Source of the DNA: Pecten maximus
Taxonomy: Eukaryota
Assembly: GCF_902652985.1 (NCBI RefSeq)
Contig: NC_047025.1
Location: 39,618,001-39,682,000, forward strand
Length of the DNA: 64,000 nt
Reading direction: 5' to 3'
In this document: positions 41,433 to 54,446 of the stretch, piece by piece
How the letters are laid out: each line of letters starts with the position of its first letter
How positions within the stretch are numbered: the first letter of the stretch is position 1
The notes under the pieces: model-generated
What the model saw: the letters and a program-made list of their open reading frames with translations, nothing else
The model's database searches: none
Told to the model about the DNA's origin: nothing
Made by a program: the position numbers and the translations under genes

Positions 41433-43313
41433 ATTAGTACTGATTCCCTCTTCTCTGAAGTTATGGTCCTTGAGGGAATCCCTCTAACGTTTAGATATAC
41501 TGTCGTTATTAGTACTGATTCCCTCTTCTCTGAAGTTATGGTCCTTGAGGGAATCCCTCTAACGTTTAGATATACTGCCGTTATTAGTACTGATTCCCTC
41601 TTCTCTGAAGTTATGGTCCTTGAGGGAATCCCTCTAACGTTTAGATATAATGTCGTTATTAGTACTTATTCCCTCTTCTCTGAAGTTATGGTCCTTGAGG
41701 GAATCCCTCTAACGTTTAGATATACATTTACTGTCGTTATTAGTACTGATTCCCTCTTCTCTGAAGTTATGGTCCTTGAGGGAATCCCTCTAACGTTTAG
41801 ATATACTGCCGTTATTAGTACTGATTCCCTCTTCTCTGAAGTTATGGTCCTTGAGGGAATCCCTCTAACGTTTAGATATAATGTCGTTATTAGTACTTAT
41901 TCCCTCTTCTCTGAAGTTATGGTCCTTGAGGGAATCCCTCTAACGTTTAGATATACTGTCGTTATTAGTACTGATTCCCCCTTCTCTGAAGTTATGGTCC
42001 TTGAGGGAATCCCTCTAACGTTTAGATATACTGTCGTTATTAGTACTGATTCCCTCTTCTCTGAAGTTATGGTCCTTGAGGGAATCCCTCTAACGTTTAG
42101 ATATACTGTCGTTATTAGTACTGATTCCCTCTTCTCTGAAGTTATGGTCCTTGAGGGAATCCCTCTAACGTTTAGATATACTGCCGTTATTAGTACTGAT
42201 TCCCTCTTCTCTGAAGTAATGGTCCTTGAGGGAATCCCTCTAACGTTTAGATATACTGTCGTTATTAGTACTGATTCCCTCTTCTCTGAAGTTATGGTCC
42301 TTGAGGGAATCCCTCTAACGTTTAGATATACTGTCGTTATTAGTACTTATTCCCTCTTCTCTGAAGTTATGGTCCTTGAGGGAATCCCTCTAACGTTTAG
42401 ATATACTGTCGTTATTAGTACTGATTCCCTCTTCTCTGAAGTTATGATCCTTGAGGGAATCCCTCTAACGTTTAGATATACTGTCGTTATTAGTACTGAT
42501 TCCCTCTTCTCTGAAGTTATGATCCTTGAGGGAATCCCTCTAACGTTTAGATATACTGTCGTTATTAGTACTGATTCCCCCTTCTCTGAAGTTATGGTCC
42601 TTGAGGGAATCCCTCTAACGTTTAGATATACTGTCGTTATTAGTACTGATTCCCTCTTCTCTGAAGTTATGGTCCTTGAGGGAATCCCTCTAACGTTTAG
42701 ATATACTGTCGTTATTAGTACTGATTCCCTCTTCTCTGAAGTTATGGTCCTTGAGGGAATCCCTCTAACGTTTAGATATACTGCGTTATTAGTACTGATT
42801 CCCTCTTCTCTGAAGTTATGGTCCTTGAGGGAATCCCTCTAACGTTTAGATATACTGTCGTTATTAGTACTGATTCCCCCTTCTCTGAAGTTATGGTCCT
42901 TGAGGGAATCCCTCTAACGTTTAGATATACTGCCGTTATTAGTACTGATTCCCTCTTCTCTGAAGTTATGGTCCTTGAGGGAATCCCTCTAACGTTTAGA
43001 TATACTGTCGTTATTAGTACTGATTCCCTCTTCTCTGAAGTTATGGTCCTTGAGGGAATCCCTCTAACGTTTAGATATACTGTCGTTATTAGTACTGATT
43101 CCCTCTTCTCTGAAGTTATGTTCCTTGAGGGAATCCCTCTAACGTTTAGATATACTGTCGTTATTAGTACTGATTCCCTCTTCTCTGAAGTTATGATCCT
43201 TGAGGGAATCCCTCTAACGTTTAGATATACTGTCGTTATTAGTACTGATTCCCCCTTCTCTGAAGTTATGGTCCTTGAGGGAATCTCTCTAACGTTTAGA
43301 TATACTGTCGTTA
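41433..43313. repeat. 75-bp minisatellite, about 25 copies
   Basis: Unit GTTATTAGTACTGATTCCCTCTTCTCTGAAGTTATGGTCCTTGAGGGAATCCCTCTAACGTTTAGATATACTGTC. Confidence 0.97.
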
Positions 43314-43705
43314 TAAAACCAGACGTATATGTATGTGGAATCAGTTTGTTTTGTTGTATTTTCGTTACATTGCCTGAACCGCGTTTTTATTTACTTTCTG
43401 GTGTTATCATTCGCTAGTTATAATATACTTGGTATGGTGTTATACTACTTTCCTATGGTTTGATACCGACGGTCGCTTGTCAATAGAAAATTCGAAGTTT
43501 AAAGTGTCCTTCCAGTAAACTGAACTTTAATGATACGGATCTATAATTTGCATACTCGCCAATACAGTCAATTCACTTGGTAGGTTATGATGGAAAAATA
43601 AAACTCACAAGAATGCGTATACAGCTTAACCAGGAACACTTATAGCAGGACTGGAAAAACCGAATGGCAAAGACGACAAAATATGGTGACGGGAGAGGTC
43701 ATTTT

Positions 43706-46700
43706 TTTTTTTTTTTTTTATATTTGTTTTATTTTTCCAAGGCATATTATACATAGGTACATATAAATATTTTACTTCGGAAACATTTACATACTTACTC
43801 ACTCACTCACTCTACATTCTATCTTTTTGACATTCAAATTTATGTATATTGCATCTATTCACTCAATTGTTCAGCTTTCACACTATATATTCTTCCAAAA
43901 CCTTTCATATTTAACGTCATATGGTTTCACCCTCTCACCCTAACATACATACACACCTAACATCAATGGTATAAGATAAAAACAAACACAGATACACGTG
44001 GACAGGATACAAATCATAACATTTATATTATTTAATCTTGAACAAAACGACAAAAATCCATATAGACATATACAGACATACACAAAGAAGAGGAAAGGAA
44101 GGAGAAGGAAGAGAAGATGGATGAAAAGTGGAAGAAAGAAAGGAAGGAGAAGAAGAAAAGGAAGGGAGTACTTTGTAATATTTTAAAGTATTTTATTCAA
44201 AGAGAGTACAAAAGAAAAAAAAAGAAAAAAAATAAATAAATATCATACTTTACACAATATATACCAAAAGAGGAAAGGACTGGATGGTAGACTTGTTACT
44301 AAAAATGTAGATTAACTCAATTATATATTTACTGCAATTGTCAGACACTGGGATTCCAGCAAAAGAAGAAGGTACCACATGTATACGATTATTAATATTT
44401 AATACAAATAAATGTGTAATGTATAAGTCAATAAAACAGATTAAAAAAGTATTATTCCATAATCTGCAAAAGTTTATCCCATTTTCTCCATTCAGCCAAA
44501 CATTTGTTTTTTTCTTTTCCCCCTTTTTTAGAGCTACAAAATTTTCTGACTTTATAATGATCATAGATACAATAGAGTAAAGAGTTGATATTTAAAGATT
44601 TATGCAGACATCTGTTTCTGTATATGTATTGTTTTATAATCAAAATAATTTGATTATCTACTTTAAAGGATGGATTTTTATAATCACCATCATATTTACC
44701 AAAAAGTATTGTTTTTTTATTTAGTCTAAAGGGAATAAATAATGCATCTAATAATATATCTAGACCTTCAAGAAGATTCTGAACTTGGTCACACTCCCAA
44801 AAAATGTGAACAATTGATTCAATTTCTGAGTTACAAAAGTTACAGAATGGACTGTTTGTTAGTTTGGCTTTGAAAAGAAATGAATTAGTTGTTAAGATAT
44901 GATGTGATATTCTAAATTGCAACCAGTGTAATCGTGAGTTTTTACTTACTGTAAAAGGAAGTGTATATATACTACACCAATCATTTAAATTGAAATCAAG
45001 TACGTTAGACCATTTCTCTTTCCCTTTAGCAGTAATATCATTCTTTGAATTTAGAATATCATAAAATATCTTCGAGCCTTTATTAATATTAAGAAATATT
45101 GCAATATTGCTAGGTAAAACTGGATATACAAAGTTATACACATGTAATTAGTGGAATCAAATTCAAAGTGTTGTAAACATTTTTTTATTGCAGATATTAC
45201 TCCATTATATTTCAAAAAGTTAGTGTTAATGCTATACTTTTTAATAAATTCATTAAAAGAGAAAAAAGTGTTGTTGTTTACATCTTTGAAGAAGTCACCA
45301 ATGACATAAATACCCTTTTCATACCACTTAGAGTAGAAAATTGTTCCACCACCTATTGTAACATTTTTGTTATGCCAGACAGGTGTATGCAAGAGTGCTT
45401 TCCCTTTGACTATTTTCATATTAGTAGAGTTATCTAATCTTGACCAAGCCCTAAGTACATCTTTCCAAAAAGAATTGCTAATATTTTGTTGGCATAGATC
45501 TATATAGTTCCCTCCAATATTCATTAGTTTATCTAGGTCTAAATATTTTTCTAGTAGTGTTTTCCATTTTCCTGAAGATTGAAACAGTCGCTTAACCCAG
45601 CCAATTTTTAATGAATCAACAAAATTTTGAGTATTGAGCATTTTTAGTCCCCCATGAGAGTGATCTTGTACAATAATATCTCTTTTAATTTTATCCACTT
45701 TACTATGCCACAAAAATTCAAATAAAATAGAGTTTATTTTTTTAATTATCTTGTCACCTGGGTTTGGTAGAGCAATAAATAAATGATTAAATTGGGAGAT
45801 CATTAATGATTTTATTAAATGAATTTTACCTATTGGAGTTAAGTTACGTCTGCTCCAAGCAGTAATAATATTTTTTAATTTTACTATTTTCTTATCAAAG
45901 TTCATTTTAATCATTTCATGTAGATCAACGCTGAAATCTATTCCTAATAGAGTGAATTTTTCTTTTCCCCATTTCAAGTTTAGTTCAGGTAGAAATTTCT
46001 CTTGACTATACAATGTACTTTTTACTGCCAATCCATACAATTTCTGTCTTATCAATATTAATTTTTAATCCTGAAATTGATGCAAAAATATTTAATTCAT
46101 TCATTGTTTCTTTAAGAGATTCCTCAGATCCATCAAGAGTTAAGTATGTGTCATCTGCATATTGTGAAAGTAAAATATTTGTATTATCAACCTCTACCCC
46201 CTTAATATGTTTGTTATTTCTAAGCCTAATAGCAAGAATTTCGGCACAAAGAATGAAGATATATGGTGCGATCGGATCCCCTTGTCTACATCCCCTTTTT
46301 ATTCTGAAAAATGATGAAAGATTCCCTCCCTGATTAATAGAAGCTCCTACATTACAGTTAAACAATTGTACCCAATTTTTTATATAATTTCCAAAACCAA
46401 AAAAATCTAACACTTTTGCTATGAAGTTAAAAGAAACAGAATCGAACGCCTTTTCAAAATCTATCATTAAAACCATCCCCAGAATATCATTTTCTTCAGT
46501 ATAATTCATAATGTCATATAAAAGTCTAGTGTTTTCCCCAATGTATCGACCTGCTATAAAACCTGATTGATCTTTGTTAACAATTATGTCCAAAACTGAT
46601 TTTATTCTATTTGCAATAACCCCTGATCCAATTTTATATATAATATTTAATAAAGTTATAGGTCTCCAGTTTTTGATGTATTGACGTGGTTTATCTTTTT

Positions 46701-47021
46701 TTGGAATACAAATTATTACACCGTGGCGTTGTGTTACAGATAATTCTCCTTTCATGTACCCATAATTTAGTGAACGGACAATGAAATACCCAAGTTGTTC
46801 CCAAAAATATTTAAAAAATTCAACGGTATAGCCATCAGAGCCAGGACTTTTATTATTTTTCATATTGCTTAATGTCTTATATGCTTCCTCAATAGTTATA
46901 AGTCCTTCTAATTTATCAGATTCATACATATTTAGTTTTGGGATGTTTTCGAAATCAATAAGAGAATCAAGAGTTATATCAGTTAAAGTATCATCTGAAT
47001 TATATAAATTTTCATAAAAGA
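43706..47021 (-). mobile_element. 5'-truncated L1/Tx1-type non-LTR retrotransposon (ORF2 RT to C-terminal CCHC, 3' UTR, poly(A))
   Basis: ORFs 47052-46006, 46055-45051 and 45141-44452 carry KSPGSDG, NWRPITLLN, DFEKAFDSV, GCRQGDP, QYADD and CNFCNSEIESIVHIFWEC; poly-T 43702-43719 with TTTATT next to it; TSD GAGAGGTCATTTT at 43693-43705 and 47022-47034; endonuclease domain absent. Confidence 0.95.
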
Positions 47022-47387
47022 GAGAGGTCATTTTAATCACCGAAACAACCACGGAACAACATCACCTATGGGATCACCCTCGACACTCAAGGGTGTCCCC
47101 TTCGCTATCTGCACTTCTGGAAAATGTCATGGGAAAACCATCGAAGGCACACGACTAGCTATGTGATTGGTGTCGGGAATAAACCTTGCCAATCGCTAAG
47201 CTGTTGCATATCATTTGAAGAAGTGAAATATTTAACAGTTCCGTAGTTCGTATACTATGAACAATACATCACCTATGTACGTGAAATCTACACGGGGACC
47301 CACATATTGTAGAATTATAAATGGCATCGGCGACATCCGCCATCTACATATTAAGTAGTCAATTTAAAATATTATTAACTTCAGCAT

Positions 47388-47972
47388 ATCTGTCCTTGAT
47401 GTGCACATCCAACAAACCCTGGTGAATCGATTGACTGTGTTAACTGCAGCCAGTGGTTTCACCATCGATGCGAAAATTTGGACAATAAAGATCTCAGACA
47501 TATCGAGGAAAATCCCGACTACAATTTCAGCTGTAGTTCATGCAGAGTCATGCAGGATGGCAGGGAACCTGAAACCGACACATTAGTCCATTCCCCCAGC
47601 TCAAGACCATGCCACTTGCATGCAGATACACCAACCCTATCCACGGATGTTCATCTGGACGATACCGACACCCATCCAGAACAGCCATTTCCTCAAAAGA
47701 CGCTAACTTCAAAAATAAAAACAACCTACGCCAACAACAGAAATAGCGTCGGCCATGACTCCCGGAAAAGTCCCCAGACACAGCTAAGAAGGCACAGGGT
47801 ACTCCAATGGCAAACCTCCACAGCCCCTTACCAACAGACTACCAAAAAGATGACAAACAGCCGAAATCCTAACAGAGAAAGTCTAAACCCAAGGCACAGA
47901 CTATTGACTACCCGGAAGAACAACTCAGTCACTGTAGATCGAATATCGCCCAAATGGAGCAAACAAATTTAG
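47388..47972 (+). pseudogene. PHD-finger (C4HC3) coding relic with in-frame stop, probably transposon-derived
   Basis: Frame of ORF 47478 extended upstream reads ICP*CAHPTNPGESIDCVNCSQWFHHRCENLDNKDLRHIEENPDYNFSCSSCR followed by a T/S/P/K-rich tail; TGA at 47397-47399. Confidence 0.7.
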
Positions 47973-48957
47973 ACCAGAACAAACTATTGAACTCCTCCTG
48001 CAAAATCAAAAACAAACAAAAAGGCGAGCAAAGACTATCAAGCCCCTACCAGAACCATTGCAGCTGTAATCAAGAAACAGAAAGCACCTTAGAAAAAATT
48101 CTAACTGCTTAGTTAAACAATTTTAATGATGAAGTCCTGAAACAATGGAAACCCAGCACATGAAGTTCCAGCACCAGGTTGAAACAAACAATCTAAAAAT
48201 GAAAATTCAGCTTCTGGAATTGAAATTAGACACCCAAAAACCAAATATGAGGCAACAAGAAACACCAGGAAGTACTTCGATAGAAGACCCCCTCCCTGGT
48301 CCAACACCATCCGATATACTCTAAAGCAATTCCCAGAATTATACAGCATCCAACTAGCCACCATGTCCCGGCAACAGACACTACGCAGGGAGGAATCCCA
48401 GACTCGGAGATACCGCCCACAAGTACACACAGACCTGCTTTGTCATGCATCCCAACAATATACCGCTGTTGAGTTAATATGGCATTCGCAAAGTATTATG
48501 GGAGAATATCACGTTTAAAATCGTAGATAGTAGCAGAAAAGTTATTTCTAAATTATTCCGGTTTCAAAAATTACTACATTGAGTAAATTATTGGTTTAAT
48601 ACTCCTCCTAAATCCTAACATCTGATCATCTGATTTAAAAAAAAAAAATTCCAAGAAAATTTGTATATGACATAGTATTATAATTCCTCCATACCAGACA
48701 TCAACCTTTTACAAAGCATACAAACATGTAGACACCTTACATACATTACATCCAGACTGTAAATTCTAACACTCAATGTATAAATATATAATTTAAATAT
48801 TGAGATAGATGTTATCTAAAGAACAGATATGTCATTTTTTTTACATATTAATAAAGATCCAGCATGAGAGAAAACCAACTTTTTAATTAAATGAAAAGGA
48901 AAGACAGATAATTACAGGCAAAGTAGAGCACAAAATATAAAAATGTACAACGAGGAC

Positions 48958-49890
48958 ACAGACAGGTAGACAGGGGAGAGTACAGACAGGTAGACAGAGG
49001 AGAGTATAGACAGGTAGACAGAGGAGAGTACAGACAGGTAGACAGAGGAGAGTACAGACAGGTAGACAGGGGAGAGTACAGACAGGTAGACAGGGGAGAG
49101 TACAGACAGGTAGACAGAGGAGAGTACAGACAGGTAGACAGAGGAGAGTACAGACAGGTAGACAGAGGAGAGTACAGACAGGTAGACAGAGGAGAGTACA
49201 GACAGGTAGACAGAGGAGAGTACAGACAGGTAGACTGAGGAGAGTACAGACAGGTAGACAGAGGAGAGTACGGACAGGTAGACAGAGGAGAGTACAGACA
49301 GGTAGACAGAGGAGAGTACAGACAGGTAGACAGAGGAGAGACAGGTAGACAGAGGAGAGTACAGACAGGTAGACAGGGGAGAGTACAGACAGGTAGACAG
49401 AGGAGAGTACAGACAGGTAGACAGAGGAGAGTACAGACAGGTAGACAGAGGAGAGTACAGACAGGTAGACAGAGTACAGACAGGTAGACAGAGGAGAGTA
49501 CAGACAGGTAGACAGAGGAGAGTACAGACAGGTAGACAGAGGAGAGTACAGACAGGTAGACAGAGTACAGACAGGTAGACAGAGGAGAGTACAGACAGGT
49601 AGACAGGGGAGAGTACAGACAGGTAGACAGAGGAGAGTACAGACAGGTAGACAGGGGAGAGTACAGACAGGTAGACAGGGGAGAGTACAGACAGGTAGAC
49701 AGAGGAGAGTACAGACAGGTAGACAGAGGAGAGTACAGACAGGTAGACAGAGGAGAGTACAGACAGGTAGACAGAGTACAGACAGGTAGACAGAGGAGAG
49801 TACAGACAGGTAGACAGGGGAGAGTACAGACAGGTAGACAGGGGAGAGTACAGACAGGTAGACAGAGGAGAGTACAGACAGGTAGACAGA
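48958..49890. repeat. 24-bp purine-rich minisatellite
   Basis: Unit ACAGACAGGTAGACAGAGGAGAGT. Confidence 0.96.
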
Positions 49891-49966
49891 GGTTACCAGT
49901 AATTGTCTTGTAGAAAACAGGACTAAAGGTTACGGCTACCCTGGGTATGAGGACAAAGTAATTGTT

Positions 49967-50523
49967 CATGTAGACAAGCGCATGAAACCACTGAACACTT
50001 TCTATTGTCTTGTCCAAACTATACCATTGTAAGAAACGAATGTTTTGTAGATCTACCAATAGACTACACTTTTGATAAGCTCCTATACGGAGATCCAAAT
50101 CTATCGATTACAGAGAATGAAAATATTTTCCATTGCATCCAACTTTATGTTTTAAAAACCAAACGTTTTTTAAATTAATAGTGCCATTTTACGAGTCCCA
50201 AGAGGTCACTAGTGCTGTATATTTACATTATATTACTATGTTTTATTATGTCATTTTGCTTATGTAGTACCTATAGTATCACTAGGTCCCATTACATCTC
50301 TCTCTCTCCCCTCTATCTCTCTCTCTCTCTCTCTCTCATCAATAGTTTTGTTTTTAAGTTATACTATTTGACTAATAAATGGCTATACAGTGTTGTCACC
50401 CGCCAATCTATTATTTAAGGAGACAGATTTAGATAAGTATTTTCATACTTTTTTCTGAATCCTTTTATTATTATGTATCATATATATGACATGTAAATAT
50501 TGAATAAAAATATTGTTTAAACT
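49967..50523 (+). mobile_element. Short 5'-truncated LINE 3' end (CR1/L2/I-like C-terminus) with 12-bp TSD
   Basis: Reads (N)CSCRQAHETTEHFLLSCPNY...DKLLYGDPNLSITENENIFHCIQLYVLKTKRFLN*; 3' UTR with (CT)n and an AATAAA..TAAACT end; AAAGTAATTGTT at 49955-49966 and 50524-50535. Confidence 0.82.
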
Positions 50524-50619
50524 AAAGTAATTGTTTACTGTTGTATACAGAATACACATGTAAACACAAACAAAGTTACAGGAGATACTTATACAGATAT
50601 ATAATATATGACCACTATT

Positions 50620-51090
50620 TTTTAAGCTTAGGACAGATCAAGTTCTACAAGCTTTAACCACTTTTCCACTCAAAAATAATCTCATCTCTACCACGAGCAA
50701 TACATTCCTGTACATTATAATATTCTTTTATCAAGTTGACTCATATGAATATTTGGTTTTATTAATGTACTGTTTAATAAATGAATAATTTCATTATCAA
50801 TTCTATCAATTCTATGATATATCCCATTCTGTTGACGAACACCAAAGAGTAGGTTTTTTTAAAAAGGAATTCTGCAAAAGGAATAGGAACAGCTGTTAAA
50901 AGGTTTTTCATTTTTTTCTTTAAAAGGTTTGAACTTCCCTGCATTCACATAAAATATGTGAAATTGCCTCCCTTTCTAAGTTACAAAAAATGCAATGTTG
51001 GTTATTTGTTATTTATTTTCCATGATTTTGGCCTGTAATATTTCCTGACGAAACCTAAAATAACGAATAATTTGTATGATCATTATATAA
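50620..51090 (-). mobile_element. Degraded L1/Tx1-type ORF2 C-terminal relic
   Basis: Minus strand about 51010-50925 reads TNNQHCIFCNLEREAISHILCECREVQT, the same CxxC-x8-H-x4-C motif as the 44452 ORF; flanks frameshifted; boundaries approximate. Confidence 0.6.
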
Positions 51091-52737
51091 TATATTAGAT
51101 ATGTTTCTATAACCATACTTAAGGGTGATATATGTATTTGTGTGTTTTTCTTCCATCCATGGACAAATAAAAATTAACGCATGTTTTCACTTGAAGTCGT
51201 AGCTGTCATTATTGAAACGCTGTTAAGTTTCTAGAATGATAGAACAGTTTATTTGTAAAACTAAATCGGCGATCCTAACCTTATAGGGAATAGCTGTATA
51301 ACAACGCATTCTTCGCATTGCCGCAGTAAAATTTATCTTTTATTAAGATATCGAAGTTTAAAAACAAAAACAAAAACGGATGTGATGATGCTTATCATAA
51401 TACGTAGATAGATGTTTTCCATTGTTAAATAATTCATTGTTCAAAGTGAGAAAATACTTTAGGTGTTTGTTCAGGAAGACTTGTCGGGGAAATGTCACGT
51501 TGTGTGTAAGCGATTGTTAATGTGGTTTCGTTCATGGTTCAAGGTAAGAAAAAATATATCGTGCATTTCACCAGGGCATATCTCATACCTGAGATACATG
51601 AATACTAAACTTATTCTTTATTTTAAAGAACTATGCTGAACACAAATAATATTTACTATACTGAGATGTGAACTGACGAAATATCTTGATAGAACAAATA
51701 GACAACCGTAAACTTTACGTATATGACTTGAATTAAGTCAATTTCAAAATGTCATTTCATTTTATCCAGAATATCTGAATATATACGTCTGGGTTCTCTG
51801 TTTATCTCATAAAATCCATAGAGAATATGTATTTAGTTTTATTATCACAAGACCATGATGTTCATGACGACCTACAAAACGTAAACCATTACGGTCCTGA
51901 CACGTGTACACAGAATCCCAGTAGACTGAGGTTTGTACGACTTATTGTAAATCGGTTTATCGGTGTATTACGTATAGACCGACCAGGTTTATCAGTCTAT
52001 ACATCGATCGACAAATTCAGCATATTGGCCAATCCTTATTATTTAATTAAAAAACTTAAATGGAAAATTATATTGTAAAATAAAAGGATTCAGTTTCTAT
52101 TTACAGCGACAATAGTGATTTATCACATTCATTTCCTCATCTTGTAAAATGTAATTTCTTTCAAAATTATCCATTATCCAAATATTACGAACTTGATTCA
52201 ATTGTGTGCTTAATGCTTCTCCCCTTCTATAGGTTGAAATTGGTTTAGACCAATTTTTATCTCCACGACTTCCCTTATTGATATTGACCCCTGGCATCAC
52301 TGATGATTCCTCGGAGGACCAAGCAGATGTATGATGTAGTTTCACATTCATTATGTGACATTTCCTAAATCCATTTCACTTGTGAATTTTATGTACAATC
52401 CTTCAAACCTTTGTAAATCTTTTATACAATGTGAATCTTTTGTACAACCCTTCGTGCATTTATCAATCTTTTATACAAGTCTCCAAATGAATCTTTTTAA
52501 CAATCTTTCAAACCTTTGTGGGGTTTTTTCCCAATCCTTCAAACCTTTGAGAATCTTTTGTACAATCCTAAAAACTCTTTTCAATCTTTTGTACAATTAA
52601 TCAAACCTTTGTGAATCTTTTGTAAAAACCTTTAAACATTCATCAGAGTAAGTCAAAACATGTGCAGCAAGGACGAGGTAACAATAAGAATTCAGGAAAA
52701 GATAAGGATTCAATAAAGTAGTTCTCAAAAGCAATAG

Positions 52738-53388
52738 TCAGAGAATACTGACATAATGACGAAACCGAAATTCCAACTCCAAATCTACAGAGAATACCGA
52801 CTTAATAACGAAATTGAAATTCCAACTCAAAATCAACAGAGAATACCGACTTAATAACGAAACCGAAATTCCAACTCAAAATCCACAGAGAATACCGACT
52901 TAATAACGAAATCGAAATTCCAACTCAAAATCAACAGAGAATACCGACTTAATAACGGAACCGAAATTCCAACTCAAAATCCACAGAGAATACCGACTTA
53001 ATAACGAAATCGAAATTCCAACTCAAAATCCACAGAGAATACCGACTTAATAACGAAACCGAAATTCCAACTCAAAATCCACAGAGAATACCGACTTAAT
53101 AACGAAACCGAAATTCCGACTCCAAATCAACAGAGAATACCGACTTAATAACGAAATCGAAATTCCAACTCCAAATCAAGAGAATACCGACTTAATAACG
53201 AAACCGAAATTCCAACTAAAAATCTACAGAGAATACCGACTTAATAACGAAACCGAAATTCCAACTAAAAATCTACAGAGAATACCGACTTAATAACGAA
53301 ACCGAAATTCCAACTCAAAATCCACAGAGAATACCGACTTAATAACGAAATCGAAATTCCAACTCAAAATCTACAGAGAATACCGACA
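52738..53388. repeat. 49-bp minisatellite, about 13 copies
   Basis: Unit ACAGAGAATACCGACTTAATAACGAAACCGAAATTCCAACTCAAAATCC. Confidence 0.95.
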
Positions 53389-53625
53389 AGAAAAGAGCAG
53401 AATAGCAAATGGCAGCAACAGGAAGCGAGAAGACAACGAAGGTCCGCCCACATATAAACCGGAAGTTAAATAATGTGCATGACTTGAACATGTGACCGTA
53501 TTCTAGATTACATAAAGAAGCCAACATAGTATTCCTTGCCAAATCTAGTAACATAAATCGAACCCATGTTAAGTAATACTGTCCAGCACATGACGTACCC
53601 TCATAAATCCATACTATTACAGACT

Positions 53626-53806
53626 TTATTCACAATCGATGTCGAAAATGCCAAATGACCAATCCCATACGCTGCTTATTCGTCTGTTCAAGGAGAATGT
53701 ATCTGATGGCTGGAAGTTAGCCTCATTTTCTGGTGAAAGTCCGTGACGATAATGGGACAAGTCTGCCAAAAATGTCGTGTTGGGATTGACTGCAATGCAA
53801 TCTAAA
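53626..53806 (-). CDS. Candidate terminal exon B of the minus-strand gene
   Basis: atttatctatag/T TTA GAT TGC...: phase-2 acceptor giving (S)LDCIAVNPNTTFLADLSHYRHGLS...WDWSFGIFDIDCE-stop; non-repetitive, protein-like composition. Confidence 0.35.
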
Positions 53807-54446
53807 CTATAGATAAATATCTTCAGACTTAGCACGAGGCGGATCCGTGTAGAAAGCTAACTCTAGCTATATCCATTGTCCATTTGCAGCACGCTTGAAA
53901 CAATCGCGATGAACTTGGTAATGGGAAATGTCTTAAAGTTACAAACGATCGAATACAGTTACGTTTTTATTTATTACAATGTATGTTTAGTGTAGGCACG
54001 ATCATATACCAACTTCGCCATAAGCGAAATCGACTAAACACGGGTTGGTTAATACTGATATACTAGTGTCTCTAATGAAAAGGTTTGTAAAGGATAACGT
54101 GCCAACAGTATCCATGCAAAATATAACGGGATATCAATACAAGTTTAAACATAAAATCGAAATAAATATGTGGTCATGGGTTTCGGAAGTATGTAATTAA
54201 TATTTATCAAGGACGTCTACTCAGTGAATCTAGATTTAGACAATATAGTGTCGCTTTCCCAGAGAAATAGATCAATCACAACTGTAAACATATAACATGA
54301 CCATATTTTTGAGTAAACTGCATCTCTCAGAAACCTGTTAGCATTCGACGTTTATCAAGCAAGGTATCATATTCAAAGCACGTCCATCTTTATCGGATGA
54401 GTTATTTATCAACAGCAGAGCGGAGATATTGTGATGGGACGTTACT

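Noticed and set aside
41463-43417. 459-aa and 199-aa repeat ORFs
   Set aside because: 75-bp tandem unit without stops; a 1-bp deletion mid-array shifts the frame, which argues against coding constraint.
47397-47399. In-frame TGA in the PHD finger as selenocysteine or readthrough
   Set aside because: It lies at a spacer position of CxxC, not at a Cys; the surrounding sequence is decayed and no SECIS was recognised.
48887-50098. 403-aa Cys/Leu-rich ORF
   Set aside because: Antisense read through a LINE fragment and a 24-bp minisatellite.
52097-52351. 84-aa minus-strand ORF with protein-like composition
   Set aside because: No recognisable motif or convincing splice sites linking it to the neighbouring gene.
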